In this document: piece by piece, positions 38,458 through 52,650 of the stretch
Numbering within the stretch: the stretch's first letter is position 1
Layout: each line of letters starts with the position of its first letter
Assembly (NCBI GenBank): GCA_051294375.1
Contig: CM119265.1
Coordinates: 13,756,124-13,820,123 of the forward strand
Source of the DNA: Paraspadella gotoi
Taxonomy: Eukaryota; Animalia; Chaetognatha
Length of the DNA stretch: 64,000 nt
Direction of reading: 5' to 3'
Program-made: the position numbers and the translations under genes
Notes under the pieces: generated by a model
The model's input: the letters and a program-made list of their open reading frames with translations, nothing else
Told to the model about the DNA's origin: nothing
Database searches by the model: none

Positions 38458-40985
38458 TGAATCGTAAAGAAACTACCATTCTTTATTGTGAATTCCTACA
38501 GTAAATCTCATTAATCTCAATAATGTAGTTTTTGATATTTTCATTTTAAATATATTTTTATTTTGATCTTCATAACTTTTTTAAATTAAATTTAACCCTA
38601 CTTAAAAATTAATTAAAAAGTAATTAGGTAAAACGCTTTTTATCCTTTACGTCGTCGTCGATAACGAATTTAACGAATTGTTCCATCGTCTTTTAAAATT
38701 CTGCCCCGAAACTAAAAATGTTTTACTTTAACGACATTTACTGCTCCTCAAAAAACGAAGTCAATTGTGAGTCGACTTCACACGGTAGCGGGGAAACGTG
38801 TTGTCACCAAGAAGTGTAGCGATAGGCGAGGTATGGTAAAGAGTCATGACAGGAGTTATGATATAGAACGATGGGTGTTTCAGGCAAAAGTAGAAAGAGA
38901 GTAGCGAGGCCACAGTTATGAGAGGCGAGGGGCGAGGAGCGAGTTGAGCGAAAGCGAAAGCGAAGGGCAGAGGGGGGCGGGAGGCAGTTTTTACTCTCAA
39001 AACACTTTTTAATGGATACGATTTCCAAAACATTTTTTGCGACGGGGTCGACAGCGGTCGATACGTTTGGCGGGATTTCGGTGGCGGGAGTAGGAGGAAA
39101 GACGAGACGATGTGAAAAGAAATAGAAAGAATAAAGAAAGAAAAGGAAAAATTTTATTGTTCGAGTGTGAAAATAAAACTCGTGTCGCCAAAAATAAAGA
39201 GCCCTCCCTAAAATACTCCCCCCCCCCACATCCCCTTTGCTCCGCAATTTCGCCCAATCGAGCGAATTCGGTTTGAAAAGAAAATCTCAAATGTTTTTTT
39301 TCTTCTAAATTACGGACGTAAAACTAGAGCTGACGACGACGACTTTAAATCCAAGATCACGAATTTAAAACGGTATAAAGAATAATATCAGTTGGAAAAA
39401 ATGTTTGAAAACATCAGACTTTGTGACTGTTGGACGTCAAAGATCAACCCTCTTCCAACGCTCGATCCGCTGCACAATCGATCGTCTCGACAGAGCGAAC
39501 TTTTCTTTCGTTTTCGTCGTCTCCGCTTTCGAAGTCCCGTCGCGACCCGCGTATCACTTTTTGATGGGCGAACACAAAAACAGCTTCGAGGTCTCGCCGC
39601 GTTGTCCCCGATGGCGCTCGTAGTCTGCTAGGCGCGAACCGAGGCTCGCCAAAGCCGTTTCTCCCGTTACGACTCGCCTGCCCCGCCCGCCACGGCCGTT
39701 TCTTTCATATTGAGGCGGCTGCGACGCACGCCACGGCCGTTTTCCCCGTTACAACGCCCCTTACCACGCCCTCAAGACCCTGAAAGGCACGCCCCTCGCT
39801 ATTTCTGATAAATTTTCCGACAACTGGCTTCGTCCACGAAGTAAATTATACATCTACATATATATTAATAAATAACGATTTAATAAAATATATAACCGAT
39901 TCCATTCTACCCCAAGCTTTATGATTTATCTACTATCCTATACTACTATCCCATACCACTGTCTCACCCTCGAATTTCGCCCCATTCTTTCTCTCAACCG
40001 GCCATCAGCGGATATCAAGTCTGCCGGAAATTTTGAGTTATAAACTTTTCCGCTCGACCTCGTTCGCATCTTAACTTCTCCATTTTTTTTTCATCTCCTC
40101 TCACACATACTCCTCTCTTTCTTTGTTCTCAACTTTTCATCTTCTTCATCTATTCGATCCGTCTCTAGGATAAATCCCCCCCTTTTTTTCTCTTTCGTCA
40201 TAACCTGTCTTTTTTTTCTCAATCCGTTTTTTTAATCTTAGTCTTTTTTTTTCTTCTTGATTTTCTCTCATCATCTCCGCTGAACCTCTAATATCCTTTG
40301 CCTCTCAATATTTCTTTATCTCCTTAATTCCTTTTCTCATACGCTTTCTCTCTTTCTCACCGTTATTTCCCTTTCATAATCATCCACTTATTTCATTTCC
40401 CCTTTCTTTCACTTTTCCCTTTTTCCTCCATTTCCCGCCTTTCCTTTTTCTCCCGTATTCTCTTCGCATGCCCCCCTTTCACACCAGCGATTCTAAACCC
40501 CGAGCAGAGCTGGAAGGAGGCCAAGACAGAGACGCCCAAGACGCGCATAGGAATGACTCCGTTACTGCGTTCGCACCCTCCGCCTTCTTTTCCTCTTGGG
40601 TTCGGGGGAAAAAAACATGAAGGGGGAAGTTAGGATTAAGGGTAAGGACTAAGGTGGAACGGGGTAAGGCATTCGCCGAAACCATAGTTCGATCGAAAGG
40701 GAAAAAAAGAGAAGACAAAATGCTGGATTTTGAGCGACATTGAATTTAGTTTTAAATAATGCGATGCAGTCATCCATGTCAGTCGTTCGATTTGTCTTTC
40801 CCTCTGTGAAACCTATCATGTATTCAGTTCAGATTCGACACATTATTACTTCTACTATACTAGGCAGCCGCGTTCCACACGTTCTCTTTACAAATACTCA
40901 ATTGTCAGTCAACGTCTAATCCCCATTTTCTATTAACTTTTATCCTCTTATCTTTGTTCCATCTTCTTTCCCATTGCATCTTCAG

Positions 40986-41593
40986 GTAATCATTACTCCG
41001 ACGCCGAGACCGCCTTGTCTCGCGCGCCGCGGCGGCTTTTCCTGTTGGCGCAGTTCCGCATTGTTTGACGCCGCCTTTTCTTGCGCGTCCGCCTCGTCCC
41101 CAGTTTGAAAAACCGATCGGCGCTGACGACAAAGACGGTTTCAAAGTCGATGAGGACATAAACAAATATAGAATGATGATGACAATAAAGCTATTTTAGA
41201 AGACGATGATGATGACATAGACAAAAATTGATGACGATGAAATGGAAGCTATTGTTGACAACAAAAGTTAAATGACGATAACAAGGTTAAATCAATTGTC
41301 GACGATGATATTAAAGCTATGGTTGACGATGATGATGTCCTAAACAAAAGTTGAATGACGATGACATTAAACCTATTGTCGATGACGATAATTTATAAAA
41401 CATCAACAAAAGTTAAATGACGATGACAAATGTTAAATCGATTGTCGACGACGATGATGACATAAACAAAGGTTAATGACGATAACATTAAAGCTATTGC
41501 GGACGACAATGATGAAGACATGACGATAATTTCAACGAAGAAAGAACGCGCCCCATTCCTTTGACTTCACGAAAGAGAAAGTCGTCTGCTTAG
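40986..41593 (+). CDS. Second copy of the putative Asp-rich terminal exon
   Basis: ttcag acceptor ends at 40985. Reads NDDDNKAILEDDDDDIDK...KSIVDDDIKAMVDDDDVLNK...LTSRKRKSSA-TAG with indel frameshifts. Confidence 0.45.
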
Positions 41594-42622
41594 TGGTTTC
41601 CTTTCCAACGAACAACACTCTAACCTATCCCGTCCCTACATTGTCCTTAACGCTTTCCCAGCCTGTCCCTATCACTGTCCTCCCACCTCCCTTCCACTTT
41701 CTACAAAAAAACAAAAAAAAGAAAACCGACGATTTTTTTCCCCGTTTTGTTTTGTTGTTTGTTTTCTTGTTTTGGCTTCCAGGAATTTTCTTTCTGTCGT
41801 TTTGATTCGAATTGAAAATCAGTCGGCAGTCGGCGCTCTTCCTTCGCGCCGTGATGACGAGGCAATCTTTTTCTCGAGTTAGATCTGTAATTTTTATCTT
41901 GTTTTTTAAAAGTTGGCCATTGTGTTTCTTATTTCCAAGGTACTTGTTCGTAACCGCTTGATTTAATCGTAAAAATGTGTGAGATTTAGATTTTGCTTAA
42001 ATCGAAGTCTTTAATGAGACTTTTATTATTTATTATTAATATTAAATTAAAAGGCAAATCTTTCTTAGGCCCTTCTCTTATCCCCCCCTATCTCTCTTTC
42101 AGTCTTTGGTTTCCATTCAGCGCCGCAACTCATTCAAGCGCCCATCTCTCCACCAATCTTCTTTCATCGAGCGCCCCCTCTTTTTTCGAACCCGCTCATC
42201 CCCAGTGCTGATTTTGGCGCCGCGCCTTCCCTTCTTTCTCGCGCCTCGGCGTCTCGAGGGCGTGGCAGGCCGGAAGAGAAATTGAAAGAAGCTGGAGAAG
42301 GCGGCGACGGTTGGCGCCGATCGGGGCCAGGCGAGACGCCAGGCGAGACGTCAATGGTCGCCCCTGGTGGCCAAAAATGGCGGATCAATGGCGGGAAATG
42401 GAGGAAGTGAGACAGAGGCGAAAACAAATGACAGAGATTTGAGAATGAGATGAGGAAAGAATGAAGAGACGGATGGAGAAAGAATAATGCTAATGGCGCG
42501 TGTCATCTCGAGGTCACGTGACAAATTCCTAGAATCAGAGAGGAAGAAACTTCATAGATTGCAATCATTCTTACTGAAAGTAAAAGTACGTCTTTGAAAA
42601 ATATCTTGAAATTCAAAAAAAG

Positions 42623-42698
<76 letters not shown>

Positions 42699-43429
42699 GA
42701 GGTTTCGCCATCTGTTTCAGTTTTTCGTTACCTTCGCAATGGACGCATCAGTCGCTTCTGTCTCTCTTCGCGTCTTCGTCTCTTTTCGCCTCGAAGGATC
42801 GACTTTCGTCGTCCTCATCGTTGTCGTCGTCGTCGTCGTCGTCGGTGTCTTTGTCGCTCGTCGGTTTCGCTTTCCTCTTAATCGTTTGTCGCAAGTTCTT
42901 TGTCTTTTTGTTCTTTTTGTCTTTGGCCACGCCTACATCGACCTCGTAATCTTCTTTGACTCATTTGAACTGTTGCTCTTATGTCGAAATTATTTACTTC
43001 CTAATGTTTAAAACATATATTATTATAAATATATGTTATTTAGTAGTTATATGCTGCATATTATCGTTTTTCTTTAAAAAAGCGGCTAGCCAATATTGAT
43101 TATTGAACTGATCTTTTTCTAGGGAAATAATTGATAAGGAAATTCCGAAATATATTTCTTTAAAAATTCAATTATTAAAGGTATATTTCAAATAGATCGA
43201 TATTTTATTTTCGGGTATCCCATTAGTCGTCAGCCCAAAACTCGACTCAGTCGATTTACCCATACAAATCGTCCTTTCCAATACCTTTCTCTTATTCTAT
43301 TGATCATTCTCAAACCGGTGTGCTCCATTTCATCTCATTACTCTGTCCCTTACTCTCCTTATGACATAACTTCTCCATCCCTTTTCTCTTACGCAAATTT
43401 CTTCTTTTTTTTCATTCTCCATTTTCTCC

Positions 43430-43449
43430 TCTCTCTCTCTCTCTCTCTC

Positions 43450-43532
<83 letters not shown>
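43430..43532. repeat. (CT)n microsatellite, representative of many
   Basis: Long CT/AG runs are also at about 9370, 15100, 18890, 36750, 38370, 42627, 45190, 51260, 55620, 58090, 61761 and 62868. They generate the ERERER and LSLSLS ORFs. Confidence 0.95.
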
Positions 43533-43535
<3 letters not shown>

Positions 43536-45211
43536 GCACCATGACCCGGTGAACGATATTTTTTCTCGAGGCAGAGAGAGAATTTGGTGACAGATAAACA
43601 ATAGACTTTGAAAAACGACGCGGATTTTCTGCTTCGTCGTCGTCGTCGTCGTCGTCGTCTTCGAGGTCGTCGTCTCCCGCCACGCTCGTGCTTCTGCGAA
43701 AAAGATAAGAAAATTTTTATGAGCCGTCAACCGATCGAAAAAAAAAATATTCTTCGTGGAATTTCTTTTCTGTCAAAAAAAGAGAGGAAATTTCTATGCA
43801 ATTTTGATGTTAACGCGGAATAATTTTTTGGAAAAAAATTCTTTCTGGTGTTATGTTATTAATTTATTATACTGTAAACAACGTTAGCAGCAAATTTAAC
43901 TGTTATGTTTCTGTTTATATAGAGATAAAACTTTAAAGATACAACAAAAGAAAAAAAGAAACAAATAAAGAAAAAAGCAAAAACAAAGGTAGGCCTGGTG
44001 CCACTGTTTTTCCCCTAGATGTAATCTTGCTTTGTCCGCTCTGTTTCTTTCCTCGATCCTTTGTTTCTTTGTTTCTTTTATCCGAATCCTGATTGGCTGA
44101 CCGTTGCGCGATAAAAAAAAAGGGAATGAAAGAAAGTAAGAAAGAACGAAATAGAAATGAAGGGAAAAAAAGAAAAGAAAAAAGAAGAAGTCGGGACAAA
44201 GAGAAAGATAAAGAAACGGAATAATGTTGAAAGAAAACGAGAGCAAAAAAAAAAGAAAAAAAAAAAGAAAATGAACGTAAAAAAATCGGGGAAATAAAAA
44301 AGGACAAAGAATGAATGATGGACTTGATTCTGTTTTTATTGAGATACGAAAGGGATTAGGGTCCGAAGCTTTTGTGAAATAAAGGCGAACGAGAAAAAGA
44401 ATATTTGCCTCGCATGAAATCAAGAAAAGGACTGACAGAGAACGAAAAGCAGATTTATAAACAGTTATATATGTTTACAACATATTATTATTAAATGAAA
44501 ATTTTTTTTTTCTGACTAAACGTGTCAATCATTTCTATTCCATTAAAATTTTGGGTAGAAATAACTATATTTTTAAATAATATTGGTATTCTTTTCAAAA
44601 TAATTTTAAAAAGTAACTTGAGATTTCCACTATGCGACATTCCCCCACGGCCCGCGCTTTATTCTGGATTCCACACATACGGGATTACCCTACGGAGGAG
44701 TCCCTCACACTTTATTCCTGCTATGAGATTCAACCCAGGGGATTCTCCCCAAAACTGAATCCCGATTCATTCTCCTATCCTTTTGCCTTCTTGTAGTTGT
44801 AGTGGAATATCCCTAGAATTTTTTAGCTTATTCTTCCTAACTCCTCGTATTATAATCATGTACACTCACACCACACCCATCCGAAATAATCTCACACTCG
44901 GAACCACACCTCCTCCTCTTTAACCCCTCCCCTCACTCCCCGACTCACCCCTAATGCGTGATTAAGTTTCAGCGAGTTGGAATCATTTCCTCGTTTTAGG
45001 CTCATTAGGCGATTTTCGATGCAGAAAAAAAAAAAAAACTCGGGGCGGCGGCAAATTAAGGACCGGAAATTCGTTTTTCTCCTTTCCTCTTTTTTTCTTC
45101 TTTTTTTTGGGGGGGTGGAAAATTTCGTTGGGGGGGTAAAGAAAGGGGAGTTTGAAACTGTTTTGTTTATTCAGCCAGAACTTAACTGCTCTCCTCTCTC
45201 TCTCTCTCTCT

Positions 45212-45254
<43 letters not shown>

Positions 45255-45357
45255 AGCTTCTTCTCCTCCCTTTGTGTCTGTCTTTCCTAATCTCCTCTCA
45301 TCCCTGATGATGCAATCAGATTCTGCTTTTCTTCTTCTTCTTCTTTTTTCTTTCTAG

Positions 45358-45673
45358 GCTTGCTTGTTTCGACTACGACGACGACGAGGACAACGACGAC
45401 GAAGTCGATGACGACGACACAGTGGATGACCTCGAAATCATCCAAGTGACGCCCAATTCCAGCGCTACCGGCGTCGTCTCTAGGTCCCCTTCGGCTCAGC
45501 GCCGCAATTTCCGACGTTTAAATCGGCGCCATGGGGTCGCGGCTGCGTGCGGCTTACCTGACAGCTTACCCTACCTCCTGACCTTGACCTTTTCTTTGCC
45601 CTTAACCCTTCTCTTCGCCCTTCCTTCTGTCTTTTCCTTCTACCTTTCCAACGCCTTGAAGTGGTCGCCCTAG
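45358..45673 (+). CDS. Putative exon with an acidic tract
   Basis: A long polypyrimidine tract and TAG acceptor end at 45357, followed by the open frame LACFDYDDDEDNDDEVDDDDTVDDLEIIQVTPNSSATGVVSRSPSAQRRNFRRLNRR... to TAG at 45671. The 3' boundary is uncertain. Confidence 0.35.
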
Positions 45674-48600
45674 TTTGAAAAAGAAAATTTCATCAACTCG
45701 ATTTTAATTGCGTTTTTCCGATCCGCGAGGTTGACCGGCAGACCGTAACGACCTTCCCATCCATTGCTACCTCTTTAGGGCATCCTAACAGCCCTTTCTC
45801 TCCCGGTCCTCTCTTCCGCTTCACTCGTTCTTACAATTCCTGAGCCCTTACACAGAAGATCCTATGAACCTGCCGTACTTTTTTTTTACTCCATTTTCTT
45901 TCGCTAGCATTTTCGCCTCAGCTTCTTAAACTCGAATGTCGACCTTAGTGGTATAAGTAATACATATATAGTAGTTTATTTCATATCAAGAATTTGATAC
46001 AGTGACACACATCAACACAATTAAATTAAGTCTAACCGTCCCCAAACAGAAAAGTAAAACGAAAACAAACGTTAACGATAATGATACTCTATGAGAGTAT
46101 TTCAAAGTTATTATACAAATAAATTAGCACATTATTTTCCGTTAAAACTAATTTCTTTGTAAATCGTTCATGACTGCTTTGAAAAATCGTGTAAAAATCA
46201 GGGTAACCAAAACATTCTCTCAATTGGCGGAAACTTTCCCAGCTGTTCCAGCCAAATATTTTACGAATGCCATTTTTGATGGCATCACGTTTACTTCACG
46301 TTTACTTCCCTCTAGTCTTAATCTAACCTTTCTAAGTTTCTCCCATGATTCACAACCCATCAATGCCTCTTTATTCATGCCCGTTTCTCTCAAATGTCAT
46401 TCTCTCCTTGCTGTCCTTTCGTTCTTCTTTCCCATTCGCCCGTCAATACGGTATCTCTCGTCTCCGATCTTCTTTGCCCTTATCCACTGGGAACGGGGCG
46501 CATCTGCTCGTAACTGTCCGCAAATGCCGGCGTCTTTCTGCGTGTGCAGACTGCAGAGGCGTGCCACAATTTCCTCGAGGATTTCACTCGAAGCGTCAGG
46601 AGGAAAATACTGAACTCAAGTTAAAGAAGAGAAAATTTTTCTTAGCGCAACGCGAATGCATGACGATGGTTAAGCAAAGTCGTTTATTCTGTATTTAAAT
46701 TAGCAATTCGGATCTGTTTCATAGTTTTTTGTCAAGATTTTCATTTGTTAATTGCTTTCCTCTTTCCCTGGCAATCAGTTTTAAACTTTATCGATCCAAG
46801 AGGATGAGATATTTGCTTTCAGTTCTTAAGACTAAACCGAACTCCATCGCTCGCCATCCAGTTTCGAACTCGGTTATCGCTTCCCTCCCTTCAACCTCCG
46901 CACTCGACCCAGTCGCGTTCGCGAGCAATTTGCTCCGATGGCGTCAACAAAAAAATATTGACAACGAAATGATTTCCTCGCCACCCACTTAATGGTTTTT
47001 CGTAATGGAAGCGAGTATCGAATGTTAGGGCAAATTGGGGGGGGGGTGAATATCGAAGTTTTCTTCGTGGTCGGAGATTGACACGCCTACCTTTTTTTTC
47101 TAGTGAGGGAAAACGGGAGATAAATAATATCGGAAACGCAGTGGGCTGGGTTTCTAGAATTTTTTTTTTCCCCGTATTTCCCCAGCTTATAAATGTTTTG
47201 TTTGCCTATTTTACTGTTGCCTTTTCTGAGCTGCAAGCTCTGTGTGTCAACTTAATCCTTCGCGACTTGTCAACTTGAATTCAGAATTAGTAGCTAATAA
47301 TGGAGTGTTGCACGCTCATTTTGTTGCGACGTTGTTGATTGAACGCCAGCAAGGACGAGTAAGATTAGCGCTAACATTGATTTTTTGTGACGAGATCTAT
47401 TTTTATTTTCCTGTTTCAAACTTGAATTGAAAATTTTTAGAGTTAGGGACAGTTGTAAGAAGAGATGGGAGTTAATTAATAAACAATGTTTGTGATTGAC
47501 TAATGCACAGAAAAGACAATAGGTGCAACAATTGCATTTGCTCAAAAATACATCAGTGATAAAGTTTTATTTTTAAGTCAAAAAAAATTCATTAAGCTCT
47601 GTCAACTCGGTACTTATTTCTTATTTCATTTTTTTTTATTCCTCTTTTCTACTTTTTTATCACCATCTCTCTTTAAATAGTTTAATCCTTTTTCCTTCTT
47701 CGTTCTTTCTTTTCGTTTTTTTCTTTTTAATTTTTTCCGCAAATTTCCCATTTTGCTCTCTAGATGGCCTCATTGTGCGTAAGTTATGCCGTTTCTTGAT
47801 GGTTTCTTTCTCCCAACTAAAAGTTATAGTTTTCCTTCCCGCGAAAAAAATGTTGGCCAACAAAAAAAAAATAGAAAAACTGAAAACCGAATGAAGAAAA
47901 TGAGAATAAGTAAAAGAGATTCATTTTCCTCTCGTCAGAGGAAGAAAGTTTAAAAGGCGCGAAAATTAAGTCTGTAAAACAAAAACAAAAAAACAAAGAA
48001 AAGAACATCCACTCCAAAAAAATAACTCAAACTCTAACCAAATAATACAATTTAATGTTAAATAAACTATTAAAAATATCCTTTCTTTAAAGCTTCTTTT
48101 CTCTTTCTCTTTCTATCTTTTTTTTCTTCCAATCTTTCTTTCTTTCTGTCCCTCTTTCTGTTCACGCTGGCTAATTACCTCCCCCCTACCACCCGACTCA
48201 CGCTTTCCCGCGGGAATTTTTTGTGAAGACGAACGAGTTTCGTCTCCTGTGAGATTCACGCTCGACGCTCGCGAGATTCACGCGCGCATCCAAAGTCGCC
48301 AACGCGTTCGCGCTTTTTTTACGACTCGTGGGAATCTCGAGCGCGCGCATGCGTGCGAAGGAAAGCGCGAAGAGTTGGAAGTGCGTGCGAAATCATGGTA
48401 GAGCATGCACGAATATAATTGAAAAATTCCTGCGTTCTTTTAAGGGCAATAAAACATTGTCGAACGCCTTCTAGTTTTCATTACAGTAATGAAAAATATT
48501 TCTCAACCTGGTCCATTTCTCCTTTTTTTTCGTCCACTCTGTTCCCCTCATTTTTATATATTATCCTTCCAGTTCGGACATTGGCCCGGTGGATCTTAAA

Positions 48601-51257
48601 CTTTGAACTTTGACCATTTCCGGTCAAGAATTTTCTCGATTCCTTCGCCAAACCATTCATTCCTCAGGTTCCGCGGAGACTTGACGCCAAACTCGCGCCA
48701 ATCCTTTCCCAGGAAAAGGTCGATGCTTCACGCCTTTCGATCGGCGCAGAATTTATCGCTTTTACATACATAATTTTTTTTTCTTCAATTTTCATGAACA
48801 GTAAAATTTAGGTTTTGAGGTGGTAGCTTTTTTTTTATAATTGAAAAGTAGTATTCCCGCACTCGTCTGGAAGATCCATAGAAATATTATCCATTTTCTC
48901 ACTTCCTTTGACCCTTACCCGCTCACTCACTTACCAATTTGAAGCTCCTAAATCACCAATCCTCTCGCGACCGGACACCCATCCGTCCCATGATCCATGA
49001 ATCAGGAATTTTTTCGGACTAAAGCGAGAATCTTGACAAGAATGGAGCCCGAGCCGATATCACCGGCGGTTGATGGGGAAAAAGATTAAACTCATTTTTT
49101 CTGATTCATTTCGCACCATTACCTTTTTGACAGGTTTGGTACCACTTTTTCGCCTCTCTCTCTCTCTCTTCTTCATCTCTCTCTCTCTCTCTTCCTCATC
49201 GCTTTCTCATCACATTGTTTTATTCATAAGTTTCATAATGGTGAGCCGTAAATTATTCATAATGACTTACCTTTTGTCTATCATCCTTGATCCAAAAGAG
49301 GTCGCTTCCCTGAATTCTGGATGAAAGGATTTTTTTACTTTGATTTCTTTTTTGTTTTTCTTTCTCTTTCACCACGCTCTCCTCATTGCCACTCCTGCTA
49401 CCTCAGCTCCATCTCCCTGACCAGTGGTCAGTGGTCACCCTTCGCTTCCTCTTTCCGGTCAAAGAAGTAACCGATGGACCATTTCTCTCTTTTTCGCGAT
49501 CACTAAACCCTGGACCAGTGAAAGTGACCTTTTGCGAGAACCCCAAGACCCGCGGCCTCGATCACAACAGTTGACCTTTACGCAATCCACTCCGTCCATC
49601 GCTCGACCCCGGGTCCCGGTTTCGATATTTTCCTCTCTCTTTGGCGCCGCATCGATTTCCCTGACTCCACTATCCTCCCGATAGCAGCGACGATATAACA
49701 ACTTCTTTCCAGTAACTGGAGTTACTCCAGCGATAACCCCTTCGCCGAAGGGGCCGCCCCGTCTCCTTTCTCCTTCGCCCCGAGACCACACCGGGGGGGG
49801 GCGTGTCGGTCTGAGTGCAATTCTTGATAAACTTTGACAGTGAGAAATGGAGCTGTTGAAAAACAGAGGCGAATTTGCAGACGGCTCCTTTGCTAAATCT
49901 CTCCTCGCTCGCTCGCTTTCTTTTTTTTCCTTTTCTTTCTTTTCCGCCTAAATTCCCCTCAATTTTTGGCCAGATTTAAAAATGAGGAAAAAATTTTATA
50001 AAAAAACCAACTGTATGTATGAACTTCTTATTTTTTTTCAAAGACTGACTTTTATTGTTCTTGATAAGTAGTGCTTCTACATAAGTACTTAAAACGTTAC
50101 GTATATGCCTAAAATGCTCAAAAGAACTCAAGCAATCAAGAAAGCTTTGTCATCATTTCCTATCTGTGAGGGTTTCGTAAATACGTTTTTTTGTGTTGAC
50201 TTTCCCTTTATGGGAAAAAAACTTGCTTTCCTAACCATAAGAACACAAAAACGAGAATGACTTTAAAACTCATCCAAACTGTTCTCCCCACAGAGTTCCC
50301 TAAAGCGCTCTCGCTCTCTCTCTCTCCTCTCTCTCGTTCTCCTCCTCACTCTCTCTCATCATCTCTCTCTCTCTCTCTCTCTCTTCTTCCCCCTCGTCGA
50401 CTCTTCAGGCGCCATCGGCTTCATTTTCATTTTAATGCCGTTCATACTTATCCTATGAAAGGCGGACGAAGGAAAAAAAAAGAATAAAAGAAAAAAAAAG
50501 AAAGAACTAAAAGCTCCTTTTTTTTTCTTGTCTTGAAAGTCGTCATAACTTTTCCAAAAGACGTCCTCCTTTTCCTTCTTTTTTTTCCCCTTTCCTTCTT
50601 TTTTTTCCTCCCCTTTCTCCTTTTTTCCTTCCCTTTCCTTCTTTTTAGCATCACTTTCCTTTAAAACGTCTCGCTGTCTCGATTTTTTTTTTCCTTATCG
50701 TTTTCTTCCACTATTTTATATACTCTCTCTCTCTCTCTCTCTCTTTCCTCTCTCTTCTTCTCTCTCTCTCTCATGTCTCTCGTCTCTCTCCTCTCTCTCT
50801 CTCTCTTCCTTTATCTCAACCCACCACAAATCGACACTGGTTAAATTTTTAACTGTAAACCTGGAACTGAGTTCATTTCATTTTACTTTCCACATCAATT
50901 TCTACCCATTACTTTTAACTCACCCTTCCATTCCAAAGTCCTCACCCATCCCCAATAAATCATTTTCACGCGATTAGGCAAAAAAATCTTTTTTTTCTCT
51001 CTCAAACCATCGCCCTCTGCCGATGAACGATGGCCGGATATGATTTAAAATGTGGACGACAGGGGCGCTGAAAGCCGAAAGAACCGGGATGGGGGAGTTG
51101 ACCATTAAATTTTCAAGCATAAAGATGGGAGGGAGGGAGAAGAGAGAGACGAGAGAGAGAGAGAGGAGAGACGAGGAGAAGAGAGAGAGAGAAAGAGCGC
51201 TGGAAAGATTAAAAATGAATGAGGATGGAAGACAATAGAATGGGAAGTCTCCATCGG

Positions 51258-51292
<35 letters not shown>

Positions 51293-51964
51293 GAGAGAGA
51301 GAGAGAAGAGAGAGAGAGAAGAGAGAGAGGGGAAAGAGGAGAGAGAAAGAGACAGAGAGGGGCTGCAACAAAGTTTTCCACGTTCGGTGTTAGAGATAGG
51401 CAAAATTAACATATCAAACGGAATTTTATCAAATGCGCATCCAGCCAAGGGAAGAGGGAGAAGAGATAGAAGAGCAAAAATAGAAGAAGGGAGAGAGAGA
51501 GAGGATGGAGATAGGGGGAGAAAGAGAGAAAAGATAAAAAAATTCAATGCGCCATATTCATCTGAAAAATAAAAAACCGAAGGGGAATCCCTCGTTTTCC
51601 ACACTTCAAACGACGCCAACTCCTTACTCCCCCCCCCCATCAAAAATCCCTTAACTGCCCCCTCCGCCCACCAATCCTTGCGATTTAGTAGCTTCATCAT
51701 GTTATCTTTCTTCTCCTTTTCCTCCATCACTTCCCTCACGTTTCTCTCCTGCCTCTACCACTTTATACTCAAACCTCCCACACTTCCCTATTCCTGCCCA
51801 CACTTTCCCCACACCTCTCCAGTCTCCACATCTCCCGACGCACCTCCCCCCATTTCACGTTTATTCGCGAAATAAAAGTGAAGCCTCGAGACGTGAGTCG
51901 GAGTTTCACCCTGGAAATTCTGGGTCGACAACAGTAATGGATTTTTAAGACTGGAACCACGAGG

Positions 51965-52650
51965 GTCACGTGATACTGGGGCGCGTAGCACGAGCGAGCG
52001 TAGCGCCCGACGACTGGGGGTTGAACGTGGCACTCGGTGTGGGGAGGGGACCGTGACAGGTTCACGTGAAGAGAGAGTTTCTCACGCGTTGACGATTCCC
52101 GGTTATTGTGCTTTTTTTTATTTGTTTTCTTTTTGTTTTTTGTTGTGTTTTTTTTTTTAATTTCTTTCTTTTTTATTTTTTTCTTTCTTACGTTTTGTTT
52201 CTTTTTTCCTCATTTTTCTTCTCTTTTCTTTTCATTTTTTCTTTCTTGCCTTTTTCCTTTTTTTTCTCCTCAAAGCTTCCATTCTTTTTCACGCGAGCAT
52301 CCTTTTTTTCCCTTCTTTCCCCCCCCCCAATTCTTTCTCAACCTACCTTTCATTTTTATGGGTCAATCCACGCAAAGAGTTTTTGGGGGCGGGCGTCTTC
52401 CGCTGTGAAGTCTACCGACTAGACTTTCCATTTGGGTCACGTGACCGGACATAATCTTGATGACGCGATCGCATTTGGCGTGACGTTCCAGACGGCTCGA
52501 TAGCAAGGCGACGGGAACGAAACTATTTTTAGGAAAATTATTGAATAAAAATGTTAACCTACGACATTACTCGAAGAAAAAAGAAAAATATTAACAAAAA
52601 AAAAATGAATGACGTCGACTTTTCTGGGTCAAACTCAGCACTCACGTGAC
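51965..52650. promoter_or_regulatory. Cluster of TCACGTGA E-boxes with a GC box
   Basis: TCACGTGA at 51966, 52062, 52437 (within the palindrome GGTCACGTGACC) and 52642; GGGGGCGGG at 52385. Confidence 0.4.

Larger units (their letters stand above)
31492..41977 (-). repeat. Right arm of the ~10.4-kb inverted duplication
   Basis: Reverse complement of 9848-20299 with many small indels and a few structural differences (insertions near 33180 and at 36281-36537; an extra repeat unit near 35540). Confidence 0.95.

Noticed and set aside
42206-42406. Possible exon with an AT-hook-like RGRGRP and nearby CTCF/YY1-like words
   Set aside because: Short GC-rich frame with no linked exon; the CTCF-like site is one G short of the core.
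48235-48370. CpG-dense patch with repeated GAGATTCACGC and CGCG words
   Set aside because: Could be a promoter, but there are only two short repeats and no linked transcript evidence.
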